From NCBI GenBank assembly GCA_043228905.1, contig JBHGNT010000018.1, forward strand, positions 12,524,001 to 12,588,000: DNA of 64,000 nucleotides, read 5' to 3'. Of this stretch, positions 1-13,348 are shown one piece after another. The position numbers and the translations under genes are program-made. This DNA comes from Azolla caroliniana (taxonomy: Eukaryota; Plantae; Polypodiophyta). The notes under the pieces were generated by a model. That model saw nothing but the letters and a program-made list of their open reading frames with translations, was not told where the DNA came from and did no database searches. Each line of letters starts with the position of its first letter. The first letter of the stretch is position 1.

Positions 1-1361
1 GGACGGTGTTCGACACAGGCAGTGCTGAACCAAGGAAACGGAAGGCGGCACAAGGGAGGTGTCGGGAACGAGGTGACGGGTGCATAGTGGACTGCACAGA
101 GTCAGAATCAAGGGGTGACAAGGGAGTCCGGAGGAGGATCCTCCACACCTGCTTCATAGATCTCGACAGACAGCTAGAGTAACGAAGACTGACACGGCAA
201 GCCCGGAATGACAAGCTGGTGGGGGCGAGGGGATGATGGCAAGCGGAAGACTCAGGACCTGTTGCAGCAGTGCAAGACGGAAAGGGCCAAGCAGGCTACT
301 ACGGGGTGTTCCTCGGATGCGGAGGACACCGGTATGTGGATGAGCGGCAATCCACGATCTGGCCGGGAAAGGGGCCGACAAGGAGTGCAAAGAACCAGAG
401 TGCGGCACAGGCAGCGCCAAACGACGAACCAATGGTCAACGGAGGCCAAGCGGGCCACTACGGGCGTTCCTCAAGTGGAGGACATCGGGCATGTGGCGGA
501 GAGTGGAGCGTGCATACGGCCGAACAAGGGCCAGCGGAAGTACGCGTACTATGGAGATCGCGGCGAAGGACCCATCGACGAGTCGAACGAGCCTATGGGG
601 AGGTAAGCGCGAAGGAAGAACCGAAGCCGATGATTCAAACCGACAGCGAGCCGGGATGCGGATTACGGAAGACCAGTTTCTCACCGGCCGAAATCTCTCA
701 CCCTTCACCGGATTTGGCACGTACCGGTGGACGTGCGGTTAGGTGGGGGCGGATGTCGTAAAGAATTTCGGCCAGAGGCGGAAACCGGGAAATATCGGTT
801 ACATCGGCGGAGTGCACTATGTGCACTCACCCTCGTATAATTGTGTGGATAATAGGAGTTAAGTCGGGATGAAGAATCCTATGTAAATCGGGATTTATCT
901 CACATTGTAACGCATCCCTCACCTTGTTCTATAAAAGGAAGGGATGGTCCCTTGTAGAAGGGTTGCCCTTTTTTGTTTTAGTAGGGTATACCGTTAGATG
1001 AAGAGACGTTCTCTGTTCCTCTTTCTCTCTTGTTTTAGGGTTTCTTCTTCTTCTTCTTTCCTCTGCTTCTTCCTCTTCGTCTTTCTGTGCACCAAGCCGG
1101 GACTTCTAGCGTTTCTATTTGCCGCCCCGTCCCCTGTGCAAGACCCCGATCGGCGCGACAAGCCCGAGAGCTCCTCGATCAGCGGCTTGGCAGTAGACGA
1201 TTGTTGCAACCTGAGCTACTTAGGTCGGGTCCGAAGCCGGGGATGTATTCTTTCCCTTGTAATATATACATTTGCGTCTGTCTATGCATATTCGTGTCTC
1301 TGTTGGTGTCGGGTGCTTCCCCTTTCCTGCGTTTCCTGTACATAAGGGCATGAGTTGGGTT

Positions 1362-1397
<36 letters not shown>

Positions 1398-1551
1398 TCG
1401 GTGTCAAGCGGGCGCTCCCTCTCTTTCTCTCTCTCTCTCGTTCGGTTGCTTCCGGAACGCGTCCGGAATCGTCTTCTCGTCTTCCCTCCCTCCCTCGTCC
1501 GAGACCCCCGTGGTCCCGCCCTTCTACACGCACGCGCGTAACAATGTGACA
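1..1551 (+). mobile_element. 3' end of a Ty3/gypsy element (3' internal region, PPT and 3' LTR 754-1551), inserted into the RT/RNase H of the next element
   Basis: PPT-like AGGTGGGGGCGGA precedes TGTCG at 754. The LTR ends TGTGACA at 1551, exactly where the host reading frame (...HAVVHRTP) breaks. The pre-LTR sequence TGGCACGTACCGGTGGACGTGC matches that before the LTR at 46191. The LTR contains TATAAAA and (GT)n/(CT)n tracts. Confidence 0.75.
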
Positions 1552-4475
1552 ACGGAGTACGATGTACTACAGCGTGTAGGGAAGTCACGAAATCCACTAA
1601 GTATCGTAACATACGGTTGTGCCAACGTATTTGCCCAAGGAAGCGACTAAGGGCTTCTACATTACTGGGAGTTTTTGCTTCAATGATCCCCGTAATTTTG
1701 TTGGGATCTACCGCTATCCCCTCCTTACTCACTATGTGATCGAGAAGTGCTCCACTGGTGACCCCAAATGCACATTTAGCCGGATTAAGGCTGAGGCGTG
1801 AGGTATAACATCGTTCCAAATAGAGCCGTAAATGGCCCGAATGTTCGCCTCGCATCCCATACACCGTGAAGTCGTCGAGGAAAACATGCATAAAAGCAAG
1901 TATATATTCACCGAAAATCTCCATAATCGTCCGTTGGAAGGTGGCGGGGGCCGTCTTCAGCCCCAACATCATTACCACAATGACAAACACTCCTAGTCCG
2001 TGACAAACGCAGTCTACTCTTGATCATCCGGGTGCATGCATACTTGATTGTATCTGCTAAAGTCATCCAAGAAACTATACATGTCATGGCCCGCAACCGC
2101 GTCTAGTACGCTATCTGTAAACGATAAGGGAAACGCCTCCGTAATCGTAATGGCGTTTAGTTTCCGATAATCAACACACACGCGTATTTTCCCATTTTTC
2201 TTTGGTACCATGACTATCGGACTCAACCATGTGGCCTGTTTGACTAGTCGGATGAACCCTGCTTTCAAGAGCTTGTCAATTTCTTCCTTTACGCGGGCTG
2301 CGTAATTTAGGTTCATGCGATAGCGTCGCTGCTACACCGGTTTTGCATCCGTGGCCAAGTTAATCTTGTGTTGATAGAATTTTGGGTCCAGGCCTTTCAT
2401 GTCCTCATGTGACCATGCAAAAACATCCTTAAACTCTCGGAGCAGCTCCGTCATAGTTGTTTTCTCCGTTGCCCTGAGGTCCTTAGTGATTGACAGTAGT
2501 CATGGAACCTCTACGGTTCCGACATTAATCTCCTCCAATGCCGACGCAGTAACCCTTTGTGAGATTTCCATTTCTTTCTCAAACGCTTCTCGTGCTTTGC
2601 TTAGCTCTAACATAGACTCGGGATCCGGTTCGTACTCCTCTTCTTGGGGTGTACTCAATAGTGGCCTCGAGAACGTTGATTTCGAATAGTGGTATTATTC
2701 GTGGGTTTTCGTCGAGGTACGCTTCTAGCTCGTATCGTCCAGTCCATCCCGCATATTAATTTCCTCCGTGTATAGTGGTGTTATAGCTTTGGTCAATGCG
2801 GATGTTTCTTGTGTCGGTACGCGGACATTGCTTCGCCCACGTCAGAAACTGATGCAATTATGCTGCCAGTTTTGCTTGATATTAGTGGACTGTAACCATG
2901 GTCTGCCTGACAAATTTGGGTACACCCCTTGGGAATCCAGTGCGAGCACGACCATAGAAATGTCAAAGTGATGACTCCGACTACAATTCCTAGCTTTCGA
3001 ATTAATCCTAGGGATCTAACGGAGCGGGTGTCTGTCATATGGAGCCAAAATGGGCACATTTCCCAGTTTGTAATGCCCAACCGAGTACACGTGGTTTTAC
3101 TGATGACATTTACGTCGGAACCTCCGTCGACGATGCATCCCTGTATTTCTTGGCCCTACAGCACCACTTTTATGGTCAGTCTATGGTGATCTACCATTGC
3201 TGGGCCAATATTGGACTCTATGAAATTGGCCGAGATCTCTAGTCCGGCGGTGCCCCGTATACAATTCGCTACCACCTGTCGGAATCGTGCCTTTATTGTG
3301 CTATGGACATTGTGTAGTGGCCTGGTTGTTGGCACACGAAGCAATGTACGATGGATTCTCCCTTCTCTACTATTGGCAGTGTGGTGGTGTCCAGGGGTGC
3401 AGGTTGCTCTTCCCGTGGTTGTTGAAATCTTCTGTGGTTACGGGGTTTCTGGCAATACTCTCGGCGAGGCTCTTGGCGTCGTTCCTCCTCTGAACTCTCC
3501 TCGTCACTACGTTGGTCCTATGTCTGGTGATTACTGTCATTCTGTCGAGGCCCAACTGGTCATCCACGATTGTTGGTAGGGCGTCCATTGTCATAGTGCC
3601 CGCTCGATAACCATATCCATCGTCTCGCCCTTGACACTCTACGTGGTCAGTGTAGTCCTGAGGGGTCATCGTAAACCTGTCAAAAATGTATCCTTGGCCT
3701 CTTCCTCTATTGGGGCCCGTGTGAGTTGATGTCGTAGACTCGGGAACCGCAAATTGAAATCTGCTACGGATTCCTTTGGAAGTTGCTTGATCATATAAAA
3801 CTCATCGATAACTTCACGCTACAACACACTCTGATGGAAGAACCACAAGAATAATGATTCCAGTTGGTTGAAGGTTGAGAATGCTATTAGATCGACCATG
3901 GAGTGCCAACGCGCAACCCAACCATCCAAGGTTAGCCCGAACTCGGCGACCTTCGATTTGTGGGCTTCCGCCTCTGGCAGCCTTTGTGCCATGTGGTTGG
4001 CATTCCACACGTTCAGGAACGACCGTAGGTGGCTCTTGGCATTGGTTTCTCCGCTAAAACAGGGGTATTAAAGGCCATTCTGGTTGCGACAGTGAAGCTA
4101 GGCAAGGGAAGGTTGATGCTCCCGCGGTGAGGGCTATTGTGAAGCTTCGTCGCACTATATTGGTCTAGGTGCGATAGGACTTCTTGTCCAATTCCGCTTT
4201 GTTCTGTGAGCATAGAGTCTGTTGGGAAATCGGTCTCTCCGGATGGGATCCAGTGATGAATAAAGAGGACCCGGTGAGAACCGGGAGAAATTCGGAAACC
4301 GGATCGGTGCACCCAATGAGAACCGGAAGAGAAGACAGATTTGTAAATATGTCTTGAACAAGCCCATTGAGGCTATCTTTGTAAATAGCCCTAAATTCAA
4401 ATAACTATAAATATGACTTAGGGCAATCACTTTAGGATATAAGAGCGTGTTGTTGTCATATTGTTGTAATTGTTG

Positions 4476-4509
<34 letters not shown>

Positions 4510-5034
4510 CAGAGTGATACTCTATTGTAACCGCCACTGTGCGAAGAAACAGAGCTCGAGGTCGTTGCCTCCGAGTCTCTGATTGTACCTTGTCTTCATA
4601 GTGATAGTTCAGAGGGCTCCCGTGGTTTTTCCCTCCTAGGGTTTTCCACGTAAACATCCAGTGTCATTTTCCCTTGTGTACTCCCCCATTTCCCATTTCT
4701 GTGTTTGATTCTTGAGAAGTGATTTACTACTCGGTTTTAGCTGAGTGATATTCCATTGCATTACTCTTCAGAGTCTACCATGTACTCCTGAAGAGAGGGG
4801 GCGTGGTCGCTAAGGTAGGGTATCCGCGCAACACTTTCTTCTGTCTATCGGGTGATGGATCTAGTCATTGGTCGATCTTGTCGAGTAGGTTCTCTAATAT
4901 GTCGGCAACTAAACATTCGGGCATGCCAAAAGTGTTGCCGTTTAGGAATACAGCCTACCCTCAGTCCTTTGGGGTAGGTATGAAGGTGATCGTGGTGCAA
5001 GGGAGGGGAGGTTGGCGTAGTGTGTAGGTAGTTG
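1552..5034 (-). mobile_element. Degenerate Athila/Tat-like (non-chromovirus) Ty3/gypsy internal region: gag, protease, RT
   Basis: Fragmented minus ORFs: gag (KVAEFGLTLDG), protease region ~2790-3190, RT (WLSPIVMVPKKNGKIRVCVDYRKLN; GLKTAPATFQR; VFLDDF). Stops and frameshifts throughout. Same lineage as the elements at 20577, 30787 and 58733. Confidence 0.85.
4220..4770 (+). mobile_element. Solo LTR of the Tnt1/Tork-like copia lineage (551 bp)
   Basis: TGTTGGG...TTCA flanked by a perfect 5-bp TSD GAGTC (4215-4219 and 4771-4775). Shares its 5' end, the GAGGCTAT.TTTGTAAATAGCCC block and GGGTTTTCCACGTAAACATCC with the LTRs at 51258/56016. Confidence 0.92.
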
Positions 5035-7039
5035 TGGCATTGTGAAGATCACCATCGGTTCTACAATTGTCGGGTCGAGAATGTGAAGGTTTTCCCGTGC
5101 CTCCCGAGCATCCTCTGAAACCGGTCCTCCTCCGCCGGTAGTAGAAAGCCACCCCCACCAATCTTCAGCTCCCGTAGCGTCTCGTCGGTGAACCGGTGCC
5201 CTATGCTGGCCGGATCCTGTAAACTCGGCTCCATCTCGACCCCTTTCGTCCGTTCCCAGCTGTCCTTCCGCAAGGGAGCCACGATTGGCCTCACCTTCCG
5301 GTCCACAGTCTTGTACTTCGTGCTTACTAGGGCCGTCCGATCTTATCCAACCATCCTCCCAAAGTCCGCGATGACTTTGTACATCTCTACGAAATGAGCC
5401 GGAATGAGCCGGTTTTCACTAAGATCCTCGTCAACTACCCTCTTGATCTCCCCGAGGGTGTCGTCGAATGAGACAACCTCCAAAGCGCTATTGATTGATT
5501 CTTCAGGCTCCAAGGCTCCACATGGCTTCAGACATCTCTCCACTTGCTTCTTCTCCCGGCCACCAATGCCGGCTATGGTACAACCTCCATTAACAGAGGG
5601 CCAAATTTTCCTACCTAGTGTACACGTGCAACATTTCTTCCGATTGTCTGAACTATCACAACCCGATGCCTTGATTGTCCTTTCTGAAAATCCTCTCGGC
5701 TCTCGTCGCCGAGAGAATCCCAGTTCCTTTCATGATTCGGTCGTGCTGTCAAGAATTGGACGGAGTGCTTAGCTTCTTGCGTCTTCACCCTTGCATACGT
5801 CGAATTGTTGTCCAGCACCTTAGTCTCCATCCATACCACCATGATGTAAGGTTTGTCGAGTATAATCGGACGTGACAATGACTCCTGAACGAAGAAGTGT
5901 TGGTCTATTTAGACATCATCAGCCGTTACCCGGACGTTCGTGCAAGCCCTGTGAAGCGAGTTGCCGCGTGAATCTTCCAGCCATGCTTGGTGCTGATCGA
6001 CCATTTTCCCTATTTATAGAAGTCCATCGACATCAAATTGATTTCCGATCCGTGGTCAATCAACGTCACCACCGGCTCCTTCAAATCCACGATCCGGACC
6101 AAGGTCTCTGTCGTCGCTCTGGCCAAGTGCGGGTTCATATAATGGCTGTCCAGAAACTCCTCTTCTGCCTTCACTTCGACCGGCTTCTCCGGCTCTAGCT
6201 CCGTCGAAAGACACTTCCTTTTTACCAGGTCCACAATGGAATCGTGGAATTCCCTCTGTGCAATCCCTAGCACCTCCCTCAAGGTGAGCTCCACTCGGCT
6301 ATCGAGGATTCGTTCCTCCAAAACCTTCCGTAGGTCCGTCGCTCTCTCTATCTCCAAGCTCAACCAAAAGCTGGCAACTTCATCTTCTCCTATGAGCTGG
6401 CTGGGCCTCCGTCATTCTTCTTTTGCCCACTCCGGGTCTCATAGACGTTCGAGGGACCAGCCCCTTTGGCCTTTCCGGCCCGCTCATCTTCTACCAGAAC
6501 CTTGTAGTTTTGGCATGCGGCTTCCACAAAGCCAGTTTTCTCTTCTACCAGATCATCCCATCTAGGGCCTGCTTGGACCCGTTTCTCCGCGCGGTCCACT
6601 TCTTCCTTCCTTAGCTTCACGCCGGATAGGCCCTCTAGCAAAAGCGGCCAGAGTCCAATATTGCTTCAAGATCCTACGCCCTTCTCTCCACCTACCCGGA
6701 TCCCTTCCGGCACCTAATAGTGAATGGCCTCGGCGTTCCGGGCCGCAGCTTCCTCCATTATCCTCGTTCGGTATTCACCTTGAGGGGCCTTCATGTATCG
6801 CATGCATGTACGTGTCCGTTCCAGAGGTACACAACATTGTTCTTGAGTGCTTCGGCGAAATCAATGCACTCTTTTCGGATGTGTCAAGACAAAGATAGAG
6901 AGAGAGAGAGAGATAATTGAAAGAGAATAATTATATTGAAGAGTAAAATGGATTATAAAGAGTATATAAAGAGTAGGCTACAAAATGGCGTTGAACCAAT
7001 TAAGGTTTGGGATGAGTGGTAGATCCCTATTTATAAGTA

Positions 7040-7190
7040 ATAGAGAACACTCTAGAATATTCTAGGTTATCCTAGAATGTAGAGTAATCTAGAAGATCTC
7101 TAGAGTATTCTAGAAGGTTCTAGTGATATAGAACACTCTAGAATATTCTAGGTCATTCTAGAATGTAGAGTAATATAGAATATTCCTATA
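7040..7190. promoter_or_regulatory. Heat-shock-element-like array in LTR U3, upstream of the TATA box (second copy ~13600-13750)
   Basis: Phased nGAAn/nTTCn pentamers, e.g. TTCtaGAAggTTC at 7108-7120 and 13669-13681, plus repeated aGAAtaTTCt. Minus-strand TATAAATA at 7028-7035. Confidence 0.6.
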
Positions 7191-7379
7191 ATATTAGATT
7201 TCATATTCTAAAAATTACACATATAAGTATATTAATGCAATGGTTAAGGATTTGACATGTGTACAACAAGGTCTTAGGTTCAAATCCTTTCGAGTCATAA
7301 TGTGAGTGTCATGATCTTTTTGATGCATGATGTGAGTGTAATCATGACACTATCCCCCTTCTTCAACGACACGTCTCAC

Positions 7380-10300
7380 GGGTGGTAGGGTTTGTATTAG
7401 GACATGGTTTACGAGGATATTGGCGATGAAATGCAGTGATGAGTTCTCCAGCATTGGAAAGATTTGCAGCAGGTTCCCAAGTTTGATCATTGGGGGTATA
7501 GGCTAGCTAATCGACTAAGTAATACAACTTGTTGCGCACGATTTTAGAATCGAGAACGGCAACAACTTCAAATTCGGGTCCGTCCAAGAACTCGACAGGT
7601 GGTGGGGGTGTCATAAGACGGCCCGGAATTGAACTTGTAGTATAAGGTTCCAAAATGGATACATGAAACACCGGATGAAGATGCATTTGCGGAGGGAGGT
7701 CAAGATGAAATGCAACATCACTTATCTTACCAGTGATCATGTAAGGGCCAAAACATTGGTAATCCAATTTACTACAAGGTCGAGTGGTTTGGAGAAGCCA
7801 TACATGATCCCCTACACAGAACTTTTTTGAGGAGTCTAAACAATGACGATCGGCAAGCCTCTTGTGTGTAACTTGAGCATCATGCAAATTGTGGAGAATC
7901 GTAGCGTGAATTTCTTGGAGGCGACTAAGACGATCCTCGGCAGCAGGGTTGGTAGGAATGTCTGCATGCACATTCATCGTCCACCAAGTATGACATCCCG
8001 TTGTCATGAAAATCCGTCACTATGTGCAGATTGTGAGGCGGAACCGCCGGGGTTCTGGACTAGAAGGATTTAGTGCAACACGTACAACACAAGCAAAATT
8101 CACATATAAGACGAATAGATGAGAGAAAACGTTAGTTTATTGCATAAGAAAATAGATTCTTTTATAATTCAAGAATCTTGTTACAACGGGTTGGAGATAA
8201 AAATGAGAGATAAATCTTTTAAAGAAAGGAGCCAACAACCATGTAAGGAGTGGTACGATATGATTAAGAGAGATTATTCTTGAAAGGAAGGAGCCAACAA
8301 CCATGTAAGGAGTGGTCCGATATGAGTAAAAGAGATTATTCTTGAAAGGAAGGAGCCAACCACCATGTAAGGAGTGGCCCGATATAATTATGAGAGAGAT
8401 CTCTTCCCCCAAGGAATGAAAGAGAGAAGAAGAAAGGAAAAAAAAAGTAAAGGGAAAAAATGGAACATATATCGAGCTCTTTGTTGATCCCCCTTCCCAA
8501 TGTTATTTTGCATGTCCACTTTTAGTTGCATGGCCTCTACTTTTATTGCATGCTTCCATTTTTAGTTGCATGCCTTTTACTTTTAGTTGCATGGCCTTGG
8601 CTTTTAGTTGCATGCGACCGTCCATATAATTCGGCCAAATGACCGAATCATCCATAAAGTTTAGCCGGTGCGCAATCCGTACACGCATCGCAACCAAACT
8701 GTAGACGCGTCCGTGTGCAAAAGTCTCGACCACGTAGTGTATGCATCCATGCACGCGCGAGTCTCGACCGGGCCGTGTACGCATCCGCGCGCTCGTCCGC
8801 ACACACGCGTCCCTCCGAGCGTCCCAAGAGGCCGTGCATGCATGCGTCCCTCCAAAAACATTCACGTGGCCATGCACATGCGTGTACGCCCAAAGCGTCC
8901 ACACGGTCGTGCATACGCGCGTACGCCCGAAACATCCACGCCACACAATTTAGCCCAAGTCACCTTGAACATTCTATACTCCACACATTGATAGAATGTA
9001 TATGTTTTGGTTTCCCTTATATATCCTGGGTTCCAATGTTGTCCTATCTATGTGAGATATCTCACAGATTTGTCTTTCCCCAATCTTCTCAAACTTTAGA
9101 CTCATATAACTTGATACTTGTTTATCCATTTCATGTGTAGTAAAGTGCGTTATGAAGCTCTTGAAGATATCTATCTTCCCATATCAATCCATTAAGCTAA
9201 TCTTAAATGCTTATTTTACTAGTTTTCATATCGTGTGTGAAAAACCACACGACATCGTATTTGCGAAAAATAGGGAATATCCTATAGAAGAATGGGCTGA
9301 GTTGTTGTAAGTGAATTCCGCCAAGTGCAAAAAATCAACCCAATCATCTTCTTGATAGTTGATGAAACAACAAAGATATTGGTCCAACGTCTGGTTGGTA
9401 CGCTCAGTTTGGCCATTTGTTTCGAGATGATAGCCCGAAGAAAGCTTAACCGAAATGTGGAGAAGTTTGAACATGTGCTTCCAAAACTTTGAGATGAATT
9501 GTGGACCACGATCACTAATAATATCATCCGGCAAACCATGATGCTTAAATACCTCCCGCATAACGAGATCAACCACCTCTTGACTAGTAATCGACTTCGT
9601 ACATGGCAAGAAATGTGCCATTTTGGTAAATCGATCAACCAATGTGAGAATTGCATCAAAACCTTTTGAAACTGGAAGATCAGTAATGAAGTCCAAGGAT
9701 ATATAGACTTCCAAGGAGTTTCCGGAATGGGAAATGTTTGTAGTAAGCCATAGGATCGGTGACGAGAACTCTTTGATCGATAACATATATCACAACTCCG
9801 AACATACTCCTCAACAAAATGACGAAGGCGAGGCCACCAATAGCGTCAAGAAATTAATTCTAGAGTCTTGCGAACTCCAAAATGACCAACCATTGGTGAG
9901 TCATGGCAATGTTGTAAAACTTGTAGTCGTGGGGGACCATCAGGAACATACAATAGATTTTGTCGAAACAAAAAACCACCATGCCAATAGAATTGACGAT
10001 AGTCATTACGAGGATTTTTCGACCGTGAGCAAGAAGCACGATCTGGGAGGATATGATCCAAAACATCCTTGGCAAAATCATTAATGGCCATACGATCTCG
10101 AATGGAATCAAGAAGAGTGGAATTTTCAAGAGTTGTTATGACGTTAACTACCATTAATCGTAAGCAATTGGGACCCAAAAAGATTTGTTTTTTATGCTCA
10201 AATGCAGGTTCCCTTGGACGAAGTTCTATAGAAGAGCGCCGAGAAAGAGCATCTGCTTTGCCTTGCTGCATCCCAGGGCGATATATGATGATAAAGTCGA

Positions 10301-12220
10301 AGTGAGTCAAAAATTGCGCCCATCGGGCTTGTCGCCGACTCAAGACTCGAGCATTTTGGAAATAAGTCAGGTTCTTATGATCATTGTAGACAATGATCTG
10401 CTGAGAAGAACCTTCTAGAAAATGTCGCCATTGTTGAAACGAATCCACAATTGCAAGAAGCTCTTTGTCATGGATCTCGTAGTTGATCTCTGCAGCTTCA
10501 AACTTTCGTGAATGAAAGGCAACACGGTGTAGCTATCCATCATCTCCAATCTACGAGAGGACACTCCCTAGTGCAAAATCGGATGCATCGGCTTCAAGGA
10601 TGAAGCGTTTTGTTGGGTCGACATGTGCTAAGATAGGTGCCGTTGTAAATGCTCGTATTAAGCTTTCGAATGCCTCGGCTGCATCTGAACTCCATATAAA
10701 TGGCTGATCTTTATGTGTGAGTTGAGTAAGCGGAAGCACAACCTTGGAATAATCTTTAATAAATTTTCAATAAAAATTTGCAAAACTGAGAAAACATTGC
10801 ACATCACGCACGGAATGGGGCATTTTCCACTCTAAAATTGCTTGTACCTTCATGGGGTCCATAGCAATACCATCTGATGATACAACATACCCCAAAAATT
10901 CCACTTGATTTTGGCCAAAACTACACTTTTCTAATTTTGCGTAGAGACCATATTCTCGGAGTCGACGTAGTACCTGACGAACATGTTCGTCATGCTCCTC
11001 TTGGGTCTTTGAGTAGATTAAAATATCATCTAGGTAAACTATAGTGAAGATATCAAGAAAATCTCGAAAAATATCGTTCACCATTTGTTGGAAAACAGCA
11101 GGTGCATTCGTGAGACCGAATGGCATCACAGTATACTCAAAATGTCCATAGCAAGTGCGAAAAGTTCTTCCATTCATCCCCCGGGCGAATCCGAACTAGA
11201 TTATATGCTCCGCGAAGGTCCAACTTCGTGAAATATTTTGCACCACTCAGACGTTCCAAAAGATTCGGGATTAATGGTAGAGAATATCTATTTCGGATAG
11301 TCACTTTGTTTAGCCCTTGATAATCCATGACCAACCGAAGAGTCCCATTCTTCTTCGTAACGAAGAAGATAGGTGCACCAGTAGGGGATCTAGAATGCTG
11401 AATGAATCCGTTTTCCAGATTCTCATCAATATATTCCCACAAAGTCTCTAGCTCTACAGGGGAGAGATTAAAAATTGGGCCCCATGGAGGTTCTTTCCCT
11501 GGTTGTAAGTCAATAGGGCAGTCGTATGGCCGATGCTCCAGCAATGTATTGGCCTTCACCTTATCAAAGACATTTGAAACCTCCTTGTATTTCTCTGTTA
11601 GTTTAATGTCCGCTTCACATGAAGTGGATGATGGAGTTGCTACTATTGCCAAGACGAACATGGCTTCGTTCCCCCATTCCTCCTGCAACTATCGTAAAGA
11701 GATGGTCGATAAGTCTGGGGATCTATTATCACATGTAGGAGAGAGGGATGCAGGGTTTGTGCTTTTTTCCCGGGTCTCCTCAATTGTTCTTTTCATCCGA
11801 TCAATCTTCGGGTTATGGAGTTCAAACCAAGGGAGACCTAGATCTATTGAGTGTTCTGGAGTATGAATAATGTTGAAAGAGATTATGCTTGCCAAATCGC
11901 CAAGAACTATCCCAATTGGCTCGGACTCCTCGACTATATCTCCTGATGCTACGGGACGTCCATCAATGACTCCTACGGCTACTGGATGGGAAGCTTATTC
12001 AAGAGGATGTTTTGTGACAAGGCAAATTCACGATCCATGAAACAAGAGTTGGCTCCAGAATCTAGGAGGGCAGAGGCTAGGACTCGATGACATGTAGATG
12101 TGGTAAGCTCGACTTGTGCTGAAAAAACTCTACTCACTTGATTTGATGAAATGGAACCACGACTAGGAACTAACTCTACATAGCTAGGATGGTCCAGCCA
12201 AATGGCTCCTATTTTGGTTG
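7380..12220 (-). pseudogene. pol: Disrupted pol of the chromovirus (PR, RT, RNase H, integrase, chromodomain)
   Basis: LLDSGANSCF (~12060), [16 protein letters not shown] and [60 protein letters not shown]. Several stops and frameshifts; interrupted at 8002-9254. Confidence 0.92.
8002..9254 (-). mobile_element. Solo LTR (1253 bp) of the tRNA-Trp gypsy family, inserted in the chromovirus integrase
   Basis: TGTC...GACA ends; reverse-complement homologous to LTR 48797-50090; 4-bp TSD CCGT/TCGT. Removing it restores the host frame (...FANT-GCH...). Confidence 0.88.
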
Positions 12221-12223
12221 GAC

Positions 12224-13348
12224 TTACTTGTTTAACACATCCTCTAATTGGCTCAAAACATCGAATCTATTCTCATGGCACGGACTATGAGGCTTACTTA
12301 TGTTATTAGAAGTAACAATAGAACTCGATGTAGGGTTTTCATAGGCACTTACTTGGTATACTTGACGCCTAGGTTTATGTGGACAATTTACAGCTATATG
12401 TCCTGGACCGCCACAATACAAGTAGAGGCGATGCACTCGACGTCGTTGCTTCTCAACATCTAATAACAGCCCACGAGGTTGTGTTGACTCTATTTCCATC
12501 AGAGTTGGGTCATCCCATGTAATAGGTCTAGAAACTTGTGGAGGCGTTGTGACTACAGAAGCGTAAGTCTGCTCAGGTTGGCGGCATAACATTTGTTGGT
12601 GCTCATAACATCGTTCAAATAGGCAATTATCACATCGCACAGCTCGACTAATGGCTTCTGTAAGAGACTTCGGATCTTCAGGGAAAGTAAGAAGAAGATC
12701 TTTGACATCATTTCGCAAACCTTGATAGAATTGATCCATTAAGGCCGCCTCATCCCAAGGGATATCGCATGCCAAGAGACGGAAATCGGCTGCATAAGCC
12801 GACGCAGGACGATCTCCTTGTCGGAGCCTTCGAATCTTGTTTATCATTGTCCTAGTGTTGTCGGTGTCTCTGAAACTACCTCGAAACTCTTTAACAAATG
12901 TCTCGAAATCCTCTATCAATGGTGATTTCTTCTCGAGAAGTGGTGCGAACCATGCTAACACCATACCGCATAGCAATGTTCCCACTAATCCCACACGAGC
13001 AGCATCAGTTGGATACCGATTGGGATGTGGCTGAATAACCAGATGAACTTGATTCAAAAAGCCTCGAAATAAAGACCTCGTACCATCAAACTTGGCGGGG
13101 AGGCTGATCTTTGGCTCTCTAGGGGAGTTCGGAACCCCTGAAGCTTGCTCTCGTAATGACAATATAGTCGCCTCGAGTTGATGAACCCGCTGTGATAACT
13201 CTCCATATTGTTGAGCTTTTTCGATGCTCACTTGTTGTAGGTCTCCAAGTAGCCTTTGATTCTCATGCTCTAATGCCACAAATTTATTTGTGAATATGTC
13301 AAGCTCAGAAAGAACATGCATGTATTCTTGTTTGCTCACGGACTCCAT
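12224..13348 (-). CDS. gag: Gag (sushi/PEG10-like capsid with degenerate zinc knuckle), 374 aa, still open
   Basis: Motifs EPKISLPAKFDG, YPTDAARVGLVGTLL, LRQGDRPASAYAADFRLLA, YLYCGGPGHIAVNCP; N-terminal coiled-coil-like segment. Confidence 0.88.
   Translation of the reverse strand: MESVSKQEYMHVLSELDIFTNKFVALEHENQRLLGDLQQVSIEKAQQYGELSQRVHQLEATILSLREQASGVPNSPREPKISLPAKFDGTRSLFRGFLNQVHLVIQPHPNRYPTDAARVGLVGTLLCGMVLAWFAPLLEKKSPLIEDFETFVKEFRGSFRDTDNTRTMINKIRRLRQGDRPASAYAADFRLLACDIPWDEAALMDQFYQGLRNDVKDLLLTFPEDPKSLTEAISRAVRCDNCLFERCYEHQQMLCRQPEQTYASVVTTPPQVSRPITWDDPTLMEIESTQPRGLLLDVEKQRRRVHRLYLYCGGPGHIAVNCPHKPRRQVYQVSAYENPTSSSIVTSNNISKPHSPCHENRFDVLSQLEDVLNK

Noticed and set aside
208-761. ORFs in the first element's 3' region (also 45642-46067)
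   Set aside because: No recognisable domain; may be a decayed extra ORF but cannot be supported from the sequence.
998-1345. Hydrophobic env-like ORF
   Set aside because: Lies within an LTR and derives from CT-rich low-complexity sequence.
7226-7300. Functional tRNA gene
   Set aside because: A/B boxes are present but acceptor and anticodon stems do not pair convincingly; treated as a tRNA-derived remnant.
8503-9140. Overlapping ORFs rich in R/T/H/A/C/V (also 49055-49624)
   Set aside because: Result of stop-poor alternating purine-pyrimidine sequence in LTRs.
12200-12260. Programmed -1 frameshift between gag and pol
   Set aside because: The protease is in the -1 frame relative to gag, but no intact slippery heptamer is visible and the copy is degenerate.
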